Below, piece by piece: positions 1 through 8,463 of a DNA stretch of 64,000 bases. The notes beneath the pieces were generated by a model. It saw nothing but the letters and a program-made list of their open reading frames with translations. It did not search any database and was not told where the DNA came from. This DNA comes from a virus, in IMG/VR virus record IMGVR_UViG_3300042516_003452, positions 20,493 to 84,492 of that record; one strand, given 5' to 3'. The position numbers were made by a program, and so were the translations under genes. The first letter of the stretch is position 1. Each line of letters begins with the position of its first letter.

Positions 1-358
1 ACCTAGGTAATTCCCTGCCTTCGTTTCTGCCGTTATTTTGCCAATGAGCACGGCCCCAGTCTTCTATCGACTGCGTAGGCTCGTCTCTTGGTAGATTACG
101 ACCTTCATTCCGTCCGTATTTTTGCCAGTGATCACGACCCCATGCTTCTTTGTCTTTTGAGCCAGACTTTTGAAATGCGTTTAAAAGATCGGCGTAAGAG
201 TTGACATATTTTCTGAAATTTTTTTCACCTGTATTTTGGTATGCCTGAAGAAGATCTCCGTTATCGCGAACATACGCCTCAAAATCTTTAACGCCAGTTG
301 CTTCATAGGCATTTGTAAGATCTGGGTAAGTATAAACGTAATCTTCGTAGACTCCCAT
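1..358 (-). CDS. Repeat protein with YxxxYxDLxxA[YF] and WGxxHWxxxGRxEGR motifs (3' end outside window)
   Basis: Not in ORF track. Translated by hand from ATG at 358 (TGATG coupling with HNH stop): MGVYEDYVYTYPDLTNAYEATG...EAWGRDHWQKYGRNEGRNLPR...DWGRAHWQNNGRNEGRELPR, open to window edge. Confidence 0.75.
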   Translation of the reverse strand, partial: MGVYEDYVYTYPDLTNAYEATGVKDFEAYVRDNGDLLQAYQNTGEKNFRKYVNSYADLLNAFQKSGSKDKEAWGRDHWQKYGRNEGRNLPRDEPTQSIEDWGRAHWQNNGRNEGRELPR

Positions 359-705
359 CAGCACTCACCAAAAATAAAAGTTGATTCTTGTTTAACCCAG
401 GCTTCAATCTTACCAAGGGTTTCAGAAGAAAAGAAGGTTTGCTTTTCGAACCAGCTCTTCATGTCTTCCGAGCCTTTGTGGGCGTTGCAACGCCGGCAGC
501 AAGGAAGTAAATTATGGCGGTTAGAAGAGCCAGACTTAAACCTTGGGACAATGTGATCCAGGCTTGTTGCGGAATCTCCACAATAACCGCACTTGTAATG
601 CCAGGCTTCGTATATGCTCTCTCTGAACTTTTTTTTTGCAAGTTTGGGCGTGATTTCAACTAGCAGGGCGAGGGGCTCGTGCTCGTTGCAAAACATGCTC
701 TTCAA
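358..705 (-). CDS. HNH endonuclease
   Basis: CGYCG...SLDHIVPRFKSGSSNRHNLLPCCRRCNAHKG motif; start may be ATG at 696. Confidence 0.9.
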   Translation of the reverse strand: MKSMFCNEHEPLALLVEITPKLAKKKFRESIYEAWHYKCGYCGDSATSLDHIVPRFKSGSSNRHNLLPCCRRCNAHKGSEDMKSWFEKQTFFSSETLGKIEAWVKQESTFIFGEC

Positions 706-780
706 TTGCCGTTAATTTATTCTAAATTCAAGACACATTCCCGCGACCAAACTAAAGAGATAAAAGTTTCCTTAAGGGTG

Positions 781-808
781 TTGACAGGTACTTGACGCCA
801 GATATGGT
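781..808 (+). promoter_or_regulatory. Possible sigma70-type promoter for the HTH gene
   Basis: TTGACA-N16-TATGGT, 25 nt before ATG 834. Confidence 0.35.
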
Positions 809-833
809 ATTGAGGCACGCGTTACTCCACGCC

Positions 834-1052
834 ATGACCACCGCCAACGGATGGGTGTCCGTTCAGAAAGCAGAAGAGATCTTGGGCATCGACCGCAAGA
901 CTCTATTCAAGTACCGCGATGACGGCACCCTCAAGCTTGGTCCGCACTTCGCAGCGTTCCCTGGGTGTCTTTCCCGTGATGGCTACCGCTGGAACACCAA
1001 GGCCGTCAGGAAGCACCTGCAAAAGCAAGGGATGATGCCGATGGCTTCTTGA
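834..1052 (+). CDS. Excisionase/MerR-like helix-turn-helix DNA-binding protein
   Basis: WVSVQKAEEILGIDRKTLFKYRDDG winged-HTH pattern; next to integrase-like gene. Confidence 0.7.
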   Translation: MTTANGWVSVQKAEEILGIDRKTLFKYRDDGTLKLGPHFAAFPGCLSRDGYRWNTKAVRKHLQKQGMMPMAS

Positions 1053-1428
1053 TGGACCGATAGCAGTCCTTCCGAAGGCGATGGGCCAGGATTAAATCAG
1101 TGATGTTCAGCTGAAAGTCCTGATAAGCCATGGCTTCGTACAGACGAGAGCAAAGGGTATCCCAGCAGCTCTGCAGTGCGCAGGGCTGTTTTTCTTTGAG
1201 ACCAAACAACAAGACCCACTGAGGGTGCAGTGGGCGAACGGGGCGTTTCTTTTGTGGTACCAGGACAGAGTCCTCCGGTCCCCAGTCGAAGGTGAAAAGC
1301 TCTTCAGGCTTGAGGCCATAGGTGGCAATCATGCCGTAGAGCCAAGCGATGTCTTTAGTTTTACGGTTGAGGACCAGGCGGAAATACTCATCTACAATCC
1401 GCTGATCCAGAGGCGGCTGGTGAGTCAT
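1006..1428 (-). CDS. Short, degenerate tyrosine-recombinase-like protein
   Basis: YGMIATYGLKPEEL resembles integrase box I (LATYGLRPxE) but has K for the catalytic R; only about 140 aa; start 1428 or 1482. Confidence 0.6.
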   Translation of the reverse strand: MTHQPPLDQRIVDEYFRLVLNRKTKDIAWLYGMIATYGLKPEELFTFDWGPEDSVLVPQKKRPVRPLHPQWVLLFGLKEKQPCALQSCWDTLCSRLYEAMAYQDFQLNITDLILAHRLRKDCYRSIKKPSASSLAFAGAS

Positions 1429-1501
1429 AACTGAGATGAGCTGGATACCGGCACCATATACAGCGGTGGTACCAGCTGGCAAGGGGTAAAGAATTCCTTA
1501 A

Positions 1502-1519
1502 TAAGTCTCGTGAGACTTA
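1502..1519. promoter_or_regulatory. Inverted repeat, possible operator or binding site
   Basis: TAAGTCTC-GT-GAGACTTA, intergenic, upstream of the integrase-like gene. Confidence 0.4.
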
Positions 1520-1538
1520 ATATAAGTATACATGATTG

Positions 1539-3068
1539 CTAAGGTTTGTAAGGTTTTCCATCCTTATCAAACATTGTGAAGCCCTGCATCAGTACGAAGT
1601 CTGTAGGGACGTTAAACAGTTTCTGCATCATCGGCATCATCATTGAGCTCTGACAGTTGTACGGTGGTACGTCCATCTGCGACAACGAGAATCTATTCAA
1701 GACAGAGGATTTAATTGATTGTTGTTCGCTTTCAGTTTGATCCACTAGCTTTTGCTCCCATTCAACCATGCCTCCTTCTTGGACAGGAAAATCAGAAGGC
1801 TCTGGCGGGAACGTTTTATCTGCAAACTTCAGGGCGTAGATATGTTTGCAGTAGCGCATTTCATCGAGCAAGGGTTCCCAGTTGTCGTTCAATGCGGTCA
1901 CTACACCCTGAGACGTGTCGTAGTCCGTGTACTTCGGCATACCTTCTGCCGCAGATCCAGGAATAGCAGGGTCTCCAGTACTCCTTAAGAACGTAGCACC
2001 AAAGTCTCGGAAATTACCAGGTCTATCCCTTGTTGCTTGGTTGTCTGTGACTGTGTCTGCAACAGTTGGAGGTAATTCAAACCCCTCTGGTGCGTACACT
2101 TCCATGGTGCGGTTGACCTGCGCACTTGTCATTGCACTGTTATCAAGAACTCCATTGAGCTTGGTAACTTCAAAACGACCTGGCTTAACAGACGCAACAC
2201 TGCTTCTTGGGTAAAGCTTCTTGAGTGGCTTGTTAATGTCACGCATGAAAGCGTAGTCCCGGTGCGTAAAGTCCTGACAGGAACAGCAGAAACGAGGACC
2301 AGTAATTAAATAGCGCCCAGGCGTAAAAGCTATTGGAGACGGAGTTAAGTACTCTTTGTCAGGCGTGGTCTGCACCGAGCCAGCTTTACGGACAGTCAAT
2401 ACACCGGTAAACGGATTGGTATCGACCAAAACTGCAGATATATAGCCATAGCGCTTTTGTGTTGTCGGATCAATCGAGTCACGGTCAATGATGTCACCAC
2501 CGACAGTAATGACTCTGTCCTCCAGGGTTTCACTGTTAAGTGGCTTAAGACCCCCTGGTACACCTGGGATTGCAACATAAAACGGAGGAGGCAGAGGATT
2601 ACTGACACTCCAGTTACCGGCGAGTTTTACATACCAGTTTGTCTTGTCTTCTGTGATGGACTCAATGAAAAGACGTTGTCCTGTACTTGGATCCAATAAG
2701 CGGTCGCTGCGCATGGAACCGGCATAACGCCAGCCAGCCCAGTGCATTCCCATTTCTTTGTTCTTGGTTGGGAAACCTACAAACGTCCCGGAAATAATGG
2801 GAGCAGGGTTGGCGACAGAACTTGGTGTGCCAGACGGTACAGGAATTTGGTATTGAAAAGGATATGTATAACTGTTGTCGTAAAAAGTGGCGCAAGCTAT
2901 TTCAAAGCCGCGTCTCCAGCGGGACCAAGCCGACTCACGGTTGGCACTATAGATTGAATCTGGAACTGAACCTTTGGAGAATTCAGTCGTGATTGGCTTG
3001 ACGCCTGCCGGTTCGATGAAAGGTGTTTGACTGAAATTACCAAAGGAGTTGTTGCTCCTTTTGGCCAT
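1539..3068 (-). CDS. Hypothetical protein with a split SWIM-type zinc finger
   Basis: 509 aa; FCCSCQDF ... YCKHI (CxC...CxH) separated by about 140 aa. Confidence 0.6.
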   Translation of the reverse strand: MAKRSNNSFGNFSQTPFIEPAGVKPITTEFSKGSVPDSIYSANRESAWSRWRRGFEIACATFYDNSYTYPFQYQIPVPSGTPSSVANPAPIISGTFVGFPTKNKEMGMHWAGWRYAGSMRSDRLLDPSTGQRLFIESITEDKTNWYVKLAGNWSVSNPLPPPFYVAIPGVPGGLKPLNSETLEDRVITVGGDIIDRDSIDPTTQKRYGYISAVLVDTNPFTGVLTVRKAGSVQTTPDKEYLTPSPIAFTPGRYLITGPRFCCSCQDFTHRDYAFMRDINKPLKKLYPRSSVASVKPGRFEVTKLNGVLDNSAMTSAQVNRTMEVYAPEGFELPPTVADTVTDNQATRDRPGNFRDFGATFLRSTGDPAIPGSAAEGMPKYTDYDTSQGVVTALNDNWEPLLDEMRYCKHIYALKFADKTFPPEPSDFPVQEGGMVEWEQKLVDQTESEQQSIKSSVLNRFSLSQMDVPPYNCQSSMMMPMMQKLFNVPTDFVLMQGFTMFDKDGKPYKP

Positions 3069-3070
3069 GA

Positions 3071-3844
3071 TCAGAAGAACCCGCCTTGAGCAACGATGTG
3101 AGCGCCTGGGGTGTAACCAGAGGAGTTCACGCCATCTGCGTAGACACCCACATAAATACGGTCGCCACGCTCTAGGTAAACGCCACGGTTACGGAGGGGA
3201 GTGCCGTTGCCAAGTCCCGTGGTGTTACCAGCGGCTACGGTAGGAACTGCTAATTCAGGCATCACGTCTGAACAGTCAACACGCTGGGTATTAGCCGGGA
3301 CTTGTTTGGCGAACAGAACCCGATAGTCACCAGACGCGGGAATGGGCTGGGTAGTGCCACGAGTGTGGTAAAACACGAAGGTCACTTCCGGCTGGTAGCC
3401 GTAATTCACACCGTTGTAAGCAAAGCCACTAGAGGTACCACCTGAGTACTTCAGAGAGGTGTTAACACCAGTAAGCGTGGTTGTACCTGTGTAGGTGTAA
3501 TAACCAAAGCCACTGGCAGCAGGAGTACTAACGACGCCAGTATCAAAGACCAAAACCACCTGACCACTGGTCAGGGAGATAACAGTACCAGAAGTACCAC
3601 TCGAAATAACGTAGTCCGCATCACGATAGTAATCGTTGCGGACGATAGAGATTGAATCAATAACACCGCCGTTATTGTTGTCTTCTTCCAGTGCGGCGTC
3701 CATGTCCACCAAGATGGAAGGAGCCTGACCACCCTGCACAAACAGAGTGGTAGGCGTGCCAACTGTCTGAGTCGTCACCCGGACCGCATCCACCAGGGGA
3801 CGGTCAACTAACAGTGGCTGCTTATTAGTGGCTGTAGATGACAC
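3071..3844 (-). CDS. Putative virion structural protein
   Basis: 257 aa, G/T/S/V-rich with beta-type composition, in the late cluster. Confidence 0.55.
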   Translation of the reverse strand: MSSTATNKQPLLVDRPLVDAVRVTTQTVGTPTTLFVQGGQAPSILVDMDAALEEDNNNGGVIDSISIVRNDYYRDADYVISSGTSGTVISLTSGQVVLVFDTGVVSTPAASGFGYYTYTGTTTLTGVNTSLKYSGGTSSGFAYNGVNYGYQPEVTFVFYHTRGTTQPIPASGDYRVLFAKQVPANTQRVDCSDVMPELAVPTVAAGNTTGLGNGTPLRNRGVYLERGDRIYVGVYADGVNSSGYTPGAHIVAQGGFF

Positions 3845-3876
3845 TTTACTGCTTTCTATTTAATAGTCATTATAAG

Positions 3877-4560
3877 CTATTGACCCATCGTCCCCAACAG
3901 GTTCATGAACTTACCCAACGTGCTGTTTGAGCTTGTTCCTGAAGCAGGAGAAAAGATAGGAGCAAATAACTCCTGAGCAAAACGCAGAAGCGTAGGATTT
4001 TGTCCCGCTAGTTCCTGTGGTTTGGGCTTGGCTGCTGGACCTGGCGCTGCTGGAACAGAAGGCAAGGCAACAGCATTAAACATACCAACACCTTTTTGAT
4101 ATGTCGTGGGGTCTAAAGGGTTGAAGTAATAATTACTTTTCCCTGGAACCGGCATGTAATCACTAGGTTTTTTACTTCCATAAGCAGCGACTCCGCGAAA
4201 AGATTGCGCACCTTTGGATTTTTTAAACGCTTCACCAACAAGAGCAGGGTTATTTACAATGTTGCGAATACGTTCAAATTCAGACTGTCCACCGAGAACG
4301 CGCGCTCCAAAAGCAGGATCAGCTAATTGCTGCATTGAATAATCAAAAACAGCTTCATACTGACCAGGGGCTTTTGCAATATTGCGAATATCAACACCGC
4401 CCCAATTACCTTTTAAACGGCGTGCAAGTACGTTGGCAGCAACTGTTGCAACATCTTTTCCACCCGCACCTCGATAGCCTTCAAGGCCAGAAAGTATTGC
4501 AAGTGCGTTTACTTCTTCTGGCTTTAATTTGAAAGCTTCTTGTACTGTTTTGGGTGCCAT
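3877..4560 (-). CDS. Cell wall hydrolase (SleB/Hydrolase_2-like lytic transglycosylase)
   Basis: LAILSGLEG...VATVAANVLARR...IRNIAKAPGQYEAV pattern with candidate catalytic Glu. Confidence 0.65.
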   Translation of the reverse strand: MAPKTVQEAFKLKPEEVNALAILSGLEGYRGAGGKDVATVAANVLARRLKGNWGGVDIRNIAKAPGQYEAVFDYSMQQLADPAFGARVLGGQSEFERIRNIVNNPALVGEAFKKSKGAQSFRGVAAYGSKKPSDYMPVPGKSNYYFNPLDPTTYQKGVGMFNAVALPSVPAAPGPAAKPKPQELAGQNPTLLRFAQELFAPIFSPASGTSSNSTLGKFMNLLGTMGQ

Positions 4561-4573
4561 GGCGATTGTCTCT

Positions 4574-4690
4574 TTATTCTCCTACCCAATTTGAGTCTGC
4601 GCGGAGACCAGGAACAAAGACAGCTTGTAGTGCAACAACAAGACTGAGTTTGGTAGTCAGGCGTTTGACAAAATTAGGGCAAAGAATCAT
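4574..4690 (-). CDS. Small signal-peptide-like ORF (38 aa)
   Basis: Hand translation: MILCPNFVKRLTTKLSLVVALQAVFVPGLRADSNWVGE. Confidence 0.45.
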   Translation of the reverse strand: MILCPNFVKRLTTKLSLVVALQAVFVPGLRADSNWVGE

Positions 4691-4744
4691 TGGTCTAAAG
4701 CAACAACACTGGCCTCCATGAATCAAAGATTCGTATCCAGCTGG

Positions 4745-4771
4745 TTGGACTTACATGCTGAGCAATGCCAA
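4745..4771 (-). ncRNA. GG-CA/GUAAGU-CC internal-loop hairpin, copy 1
   Basis: Minus strand TTGG-CA-TTGCTCAGCAT-GTAAGT-CCAA; four more copies on the plus strand. Confidence 0.65.
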
Positions 4772-4775
4772 GTAT

Positions 4776-5849
4776 TTATTGTAAGCGAGTGACAGGTGCA
4801 GGGGTCACAACTTGGCCAGGACCAATAAGCATTGGCGCACCGCCTGCTTGGTAACCAAGCAATTCCTGCATCAGGGGGTTATAGGAGCCAACAACACCAC
4901 CCTCTTTACCAAGAGCAGTAGCGCCGTACTTCTTGCGCCAGATCTCTTCACCAAGCTTTTCAGCTGCCTCAATTTGAGCGGTAGTAGCTCCAGGGGCAGC
5001 AGCTGTTTTGCGCATAGAGCTGTAGCGCTGCATGTCAGGGTTCTGACGTGTTAATTGCTCAATACGTGACTTCTCTTGAGCAACAGCACGTTCACGCATC
5101 TGGGCTTGAGGATCAAAAGCCGGAGCTTGTGGAGCTACAGAACCCAAATCAAGTGAGTCAGGAGGGGCTGGTTTGGGTGCTGTCTCGGGGCCAGCATCCA
5201 TATCCCCCCTTGGGTACCAATTTCCATCAGAGCCTTTGTAGCCAAGTACACCACCTTTAACAAAAGGTGTCCCAGCTGACGCATTCGTAAAGGATGTTGG
5301 CTTGGGAGGAAGTGGCTTTGTATTGGGGATAAAGGGTGCCGCTAGAGAGGCAACGGCAGGAGTAACAAGATTCCCAAGGCCAGGAGGTCCCATTAAAAGT
5401 GATGCGGTTTCAAAAGCACCGCCCCAGCCTTTCTTCTCTTGTTCACGTCCATATTGTTGAATTACCTGAGGAGTAATACTCCCGAAGAAACGATCAACCG
5501 CCGGACCAACACCGCCCAGAGCAGTCTCAATACTTCTGGTTAAACCAGTTGGATCTTGGTTAAGAGCAAAATCTGCAGCTGGTAAACCAACTGTCAGTCC
5601 CACAGTTGCCTGCGTCATAGGCATCGCAGACACGCCTTTCACGGTTTGAAGAGCCTGCTGCGTCCTTGTGCCTTCTGATAAAAGTCTTCGACCAGAAAGT
5701 CCTAAGGCCCTGTTTCCAATTAATCCTTGAGACCTAAGAAAGTCATCAAGGTTTTTTTGAGCAGCACTGAGTGCCGGTTTTGCAAACTGCGTCGCTCTCG
5801 TTCCAAGAGGACCAAGTACAGATTGTGCTCTACCAAGTAAACCCCACAT
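4776..5849 (-). CDS. Putative internal virion protein
   Basis: 357 aa, G/A/P/Q-rich, late cluster. Confidence 0.55.
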   Translation of the reverse strand: MWGLLGRAQSVLGPLGTRATQFAKPALSAAQKNLDDFLRSQGLIGNRALGLSGRRLLSEGTRTQQALQTVKGVSAMPMTQATVGLTVGLPAADFALNQDPTGLTRSIETALGGVGPAVDRFFGSITPQVIQQYGREQEKKGWGGAFETASLLMGPPGLGNLVTPAVASLAAPFIPNTKPLPPKPTSFTNASAGTPFVKGGVLGYKGSDGNWYPRGDMDAGPETAPKPAPPDSLDLGSVAPQAPAFDPQAQMRERAVAQEKSRIEQLTRQNPDMQRYSSMRKTAAAPGATTAQIEAAEKLGEEIWRKKYGATALGKEGGVVGSYNPLMQELLGYQAGGAPMLIGPGQVVTPAPVTRLQ

Positions 5850-5851
5850 AA

Positions 5852-6313
5852 TTATCTCCAGATCTGATGTAAGTAAAGACGAGAACCAACGGCGGTGTCG
5901 GCGGGACCAGGTAATGCCTGGATGAATTCAGCACCAGAGCGTTCGTAACGGTATCTGGCTTGGAACGGATCCTTGTAGTTCGGGACGTAAAGGATGCCGG
6001 CAAGGCGATTGGTTTCGTAGAGGTAAACCTCATCCCAAACCTTCAGCGCCTCTTTGGCGTTACTTGAGCGGATCGTACGATCCACGTCACCAGCGATGCT
6101 TTCTAACCGAGTAGAAGGAGAAGTTGCAACCTCTGTCTTTTTCTCGGCAGTATCACAGCGGCCAATCTGAATAGCGATCTTGTCGTAAAAATACGAGTCA
6201 GGGACCGTATTCATCGCCTCTTCCAGACGGGCATAGTCACCCGCCGGCACGGAAACCGTGAAGTAGCCCAGGTGATACCGGACCCTACTTTTGTCAAAGT
6301 CGGATAACTGCAC
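5852..6313 (-). CDS. Conserved-looking phage protein, possible head-tail adaptor
   Basis: 153 aa, MQLSDFDKSRVRYHLGY N-terminus, downstream of capsid genes. Confidence 0.5.
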   Translation of the reverse strand: MQLSDFDKSRVRYHLGYFTVSVPAGDYARLEEAMNTVPDSYFYDKIAIQIGRCDTAEKKTEVATSPSTRLESIAGDVDRTIRSSNAKEALKVWDEVYLYETNRLAGILYVPNYKDPFQARYRYERSGAEFIQALPGPADTAVGSRLYLHQIWR

Positions 6314-6352
6314 CGCTTATTTCCGTATGTTTTTCATTATAAATGACGTGAA

Positions 6353-7099
6353 TTATTGAGCTTGAGCCTGGGCTTGTTGCAGTGGATTCAACAATGGACT
6401 TTGCGGTGCGAAGGCAGACATCTGCTTAATGAAGTCCATGGAAGAAGAGGACGGCTTAAACAACTGTGAGAAAATTTGATTTTGTAAATTGTCTTTGATG
6501 TAGTTAGCCAGGAATTCTTGCTTAGTTTCTTCTTCGGTTTTAGCGGGAGCCGGAAGTTCTGGGGCTGGTGGAACTTCCATTGGAAGCGTAAGATCACCGT
6601 CAGGTTCTGGGCGGTCAATATTACCGTGACCAACACGAGCAATAATGCGGCCAGTGGGATCTAAAGACTCAGAGTAGTAGCCATATCCGCCACCGCTACC
6701 ACGGCGGACTTTACCCCCTGGTACAGCAGGTAGATAAATGGACGCATCCTCTACAGCTCCTTTATCAAAACGACTCTTGCCCTTAAACGGAACGTAGAAA
6801 TCTAAAGAATTCCATCCCTGATGGCGACTATGACTATGTGCAGCTGCTGCACGATTCAGAAGATCAATCTTGTTCGAAAGATCAGCAGTGAGGTTCCAGC
6901 GTTGCCCTGATACTGCAGGATTGGAAAACTCGATATCACGACCAATGGATTGGTATTGACGTGCCAAAGCATCTACCATTTTTGCCTTCTCGGCCACTGG
7001 AAGGGAATCGAGAAGTTTTAAATCAATGTGATAGTCAGTAGATCCGCCAATCTTTGCACTGGGACCCGTAAAACCTGATCTAGCAGTTGTATAAGACAT
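6353..7099 (-). CDS. M23-like peptidase / virion-associated muralytic enzyme
   Basis: GKVRRGSGGGYGYYS...ARVGHG and YHID motifs; Pro-rich linker. Confidence 0.5.
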   Translation of the reverse strand: MSYTTARSGFTGPSAKIGGSTDYHIDLKLLDSLPVAEKAKMVDALARQYQSIGRDIEFSNPAVSGQRWNLTADLSNKIDLLNRAAAAHSHSRHQGWNSLDFYVPFKGKSRFDKGAVEDASIYLPAVPGGKVRRGSGGGYGYYSESLDPTGRIIARVGHGNIDRPEPDGDLTLPMEVPPAPELPAPAKTEEETKQEFLANYIKDNLQNQIFSQLFKPSSSSMDFIKQMSAFAPQSPLLNPLQQAQAQAQ

Positions 7100-7125
7100 C
7101 CCTTTTTATTTTTTATTGTAAGACT

Positions 7126-7152
7126 AAAAAGCCCCCGGTTTCCCAGGGGGTT
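7126..7152 (-). terminator. Intrinsic terminator
   Basis: Minus strand CCCCCTGG-GAAA-CCGGGGGC-TTTTT, after the HhH gene. Confidence 0.8.
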
Positions 7153-7170
7153 TAGTAGGAGATGAGTGTA

Positions 7171-7599
7171 TCAGACGCGGACTAAATCAGCGGCAAAAAC
7201 AGCATCCCAATCAACACGCTTAATTTGCCTTAACTGTTCGAGATTGTTGAACCTTTCACCCGATAAGGACATCTGAAGATCTTTAATCTCACGGGCTGTT
7301 TTCAATCCGATACCCTTAATATGATCAGCGATCATTTGGGCGGTAGCGCCATTGATATTTAAACGGTTGTCCGGGGGGAAAGTGCGAGGCTCTTCCTTTG
7401 CTGCTTTATCTTTTACCTGAAGGGTCTGAACCTTTTTGGTAGCCGCTTCGTCGGGCTCAATCTCGTTTTTGTAAACGGTAAAGAGGCGACCGTCCTGATC
7501 TTCGACCATGAACCAATCGCCGTTATCCCATTCACTTACAACTTTGACACGAGCCCCAGTTTTTTTATGCTGAAAAAGCATCGCTGGAAGAGTTGTCAT
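7171..7599 (-). CDS. Helix-hairpin-helix (ComEA-like) DNA-binding protein
   Basis: LNINGATAQMIADHIKGIGLKTAREI...FNNLEQLRQIKRV. Confidence 0.75.
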   Translation of the reverse strand: MTTLPAMLFQHKKTGARVKVVSEWDNGDWFMVEDQDGRLFTVYKNEIEPDEAATKKVQTLQVKDKAAKEEPRTFPPDNRLNINGATAQMIADHIKGIGLKTAREIKDLQMSLSGERFNNLEQLRQIKRVDWDAVFAADLVRV

Positions 7600-7623
7600 A
7601 GGACCAGTTATTTACTGGTCCTA
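7599..7623. promoter_or_regulatory. Perfect 10-bp inverted repeat over the HhH start codon
   Basis: TAGGACCAGT-TATTT-ACTGGTCCTA. Confidence 0.55.
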
Positions 7624-7634
7624 GTTTAACTCAA

Positions 7635-8426
7635 TCAGCTAACGGTGCGACCAAGCAGGTAGCCGTCGATATCCTCGTAGCCAGGTGCTTCATCGGGTTG
7701 GATGTAGCACACTTCAACCACGAAGTAACCAGTGCGGCCAGCGTTGGAGTCATCGTTGGAGATGTACCAGCCACCGGAAGTGGAGGTAGCGGTCTGCGAA
7801 CCACGGGCCTGCACGGTGTAGGTAGTGGCAGCAGTCACTACCTTGTACACCTTATCCACACCAACACCTGCGGCGCCGGTAGCGGTGAGAAGAGCGTTGG
7901 CGCTGTAAGCAGCAGAACCACCAGCAAAGAAGATTTCGCCGCCTTGTGCACCAGCAGTGGTGGAGGTCAGGTTGGCTTGGGCCACAGCCTCACCAGCGGT
8001 ACCGGTCGAGGTCAGACCAGGACCGAAGGTAACCACGTTACCGGTGGCAGCGTAGATACCAGAGGCCACACGACCGTCACCCCAGCCAGAAGCCACGGAG
8101 ATGGTTGCGCGGTACACATAAGCAGGGACGGTAGCGTTACCAGAGATCACCATGCCGGTGATGTCGGTACGGGTGTCGTCATTCCGATAAGGGGAAGGAA
8201 CGATCACGCTGCCAGAAGCAACTGCACCAGCACCAGACGTGGCGGTCACGGGGACATAACCACGCTGCTGGAAGTAGCGATAGCCGGGGACGGCCAGCAC
8301 CGAAGTGGGGCCGCCCTTGGAGGCGTTGTTGCTACCGTCATCGTTGGTATCAATGTTCTTGTACCAACCGTTCAGAGGCTCTGCCCAGTTACCTGGGTAG
8401 ATCTTTTTAGCGGACAAATAGGTCAT
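7635..8426 (-). CDS. Putative capsid decoration / minor capsid protein
   Basis: 263 aa, G/A/T-rich, directly after MCP, similar codon bias. Confidence 0.6.
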   Translation of the reverse strand: MTYLSAKKIYPGNWAEPLNGWYKNIDTNDDGSNNASKGGPTSVLAVPGYRYFQQRGYVPVTATSGAGAVASGSVIVPSPYRNDDTRTDITGMVISGNATVPAYVYRATISVASGWGDGRVASGIYAATGNVVTFGPGLTSTGTAGEAVAQANLTSTTAGAQGGEIFFAGGSAAYSANALLTATGAAGVGVDKVYKVVTAATTYTVQARGSQTATSTSGGWYISNDDSNAGRTGYFVVEVCYIQPDEAPGYEDIDGYLLGRTVS

Positions 8427-8463
8427 TTATCTTTTCCTATGTTGTGGATTTATGGTTTGATTA

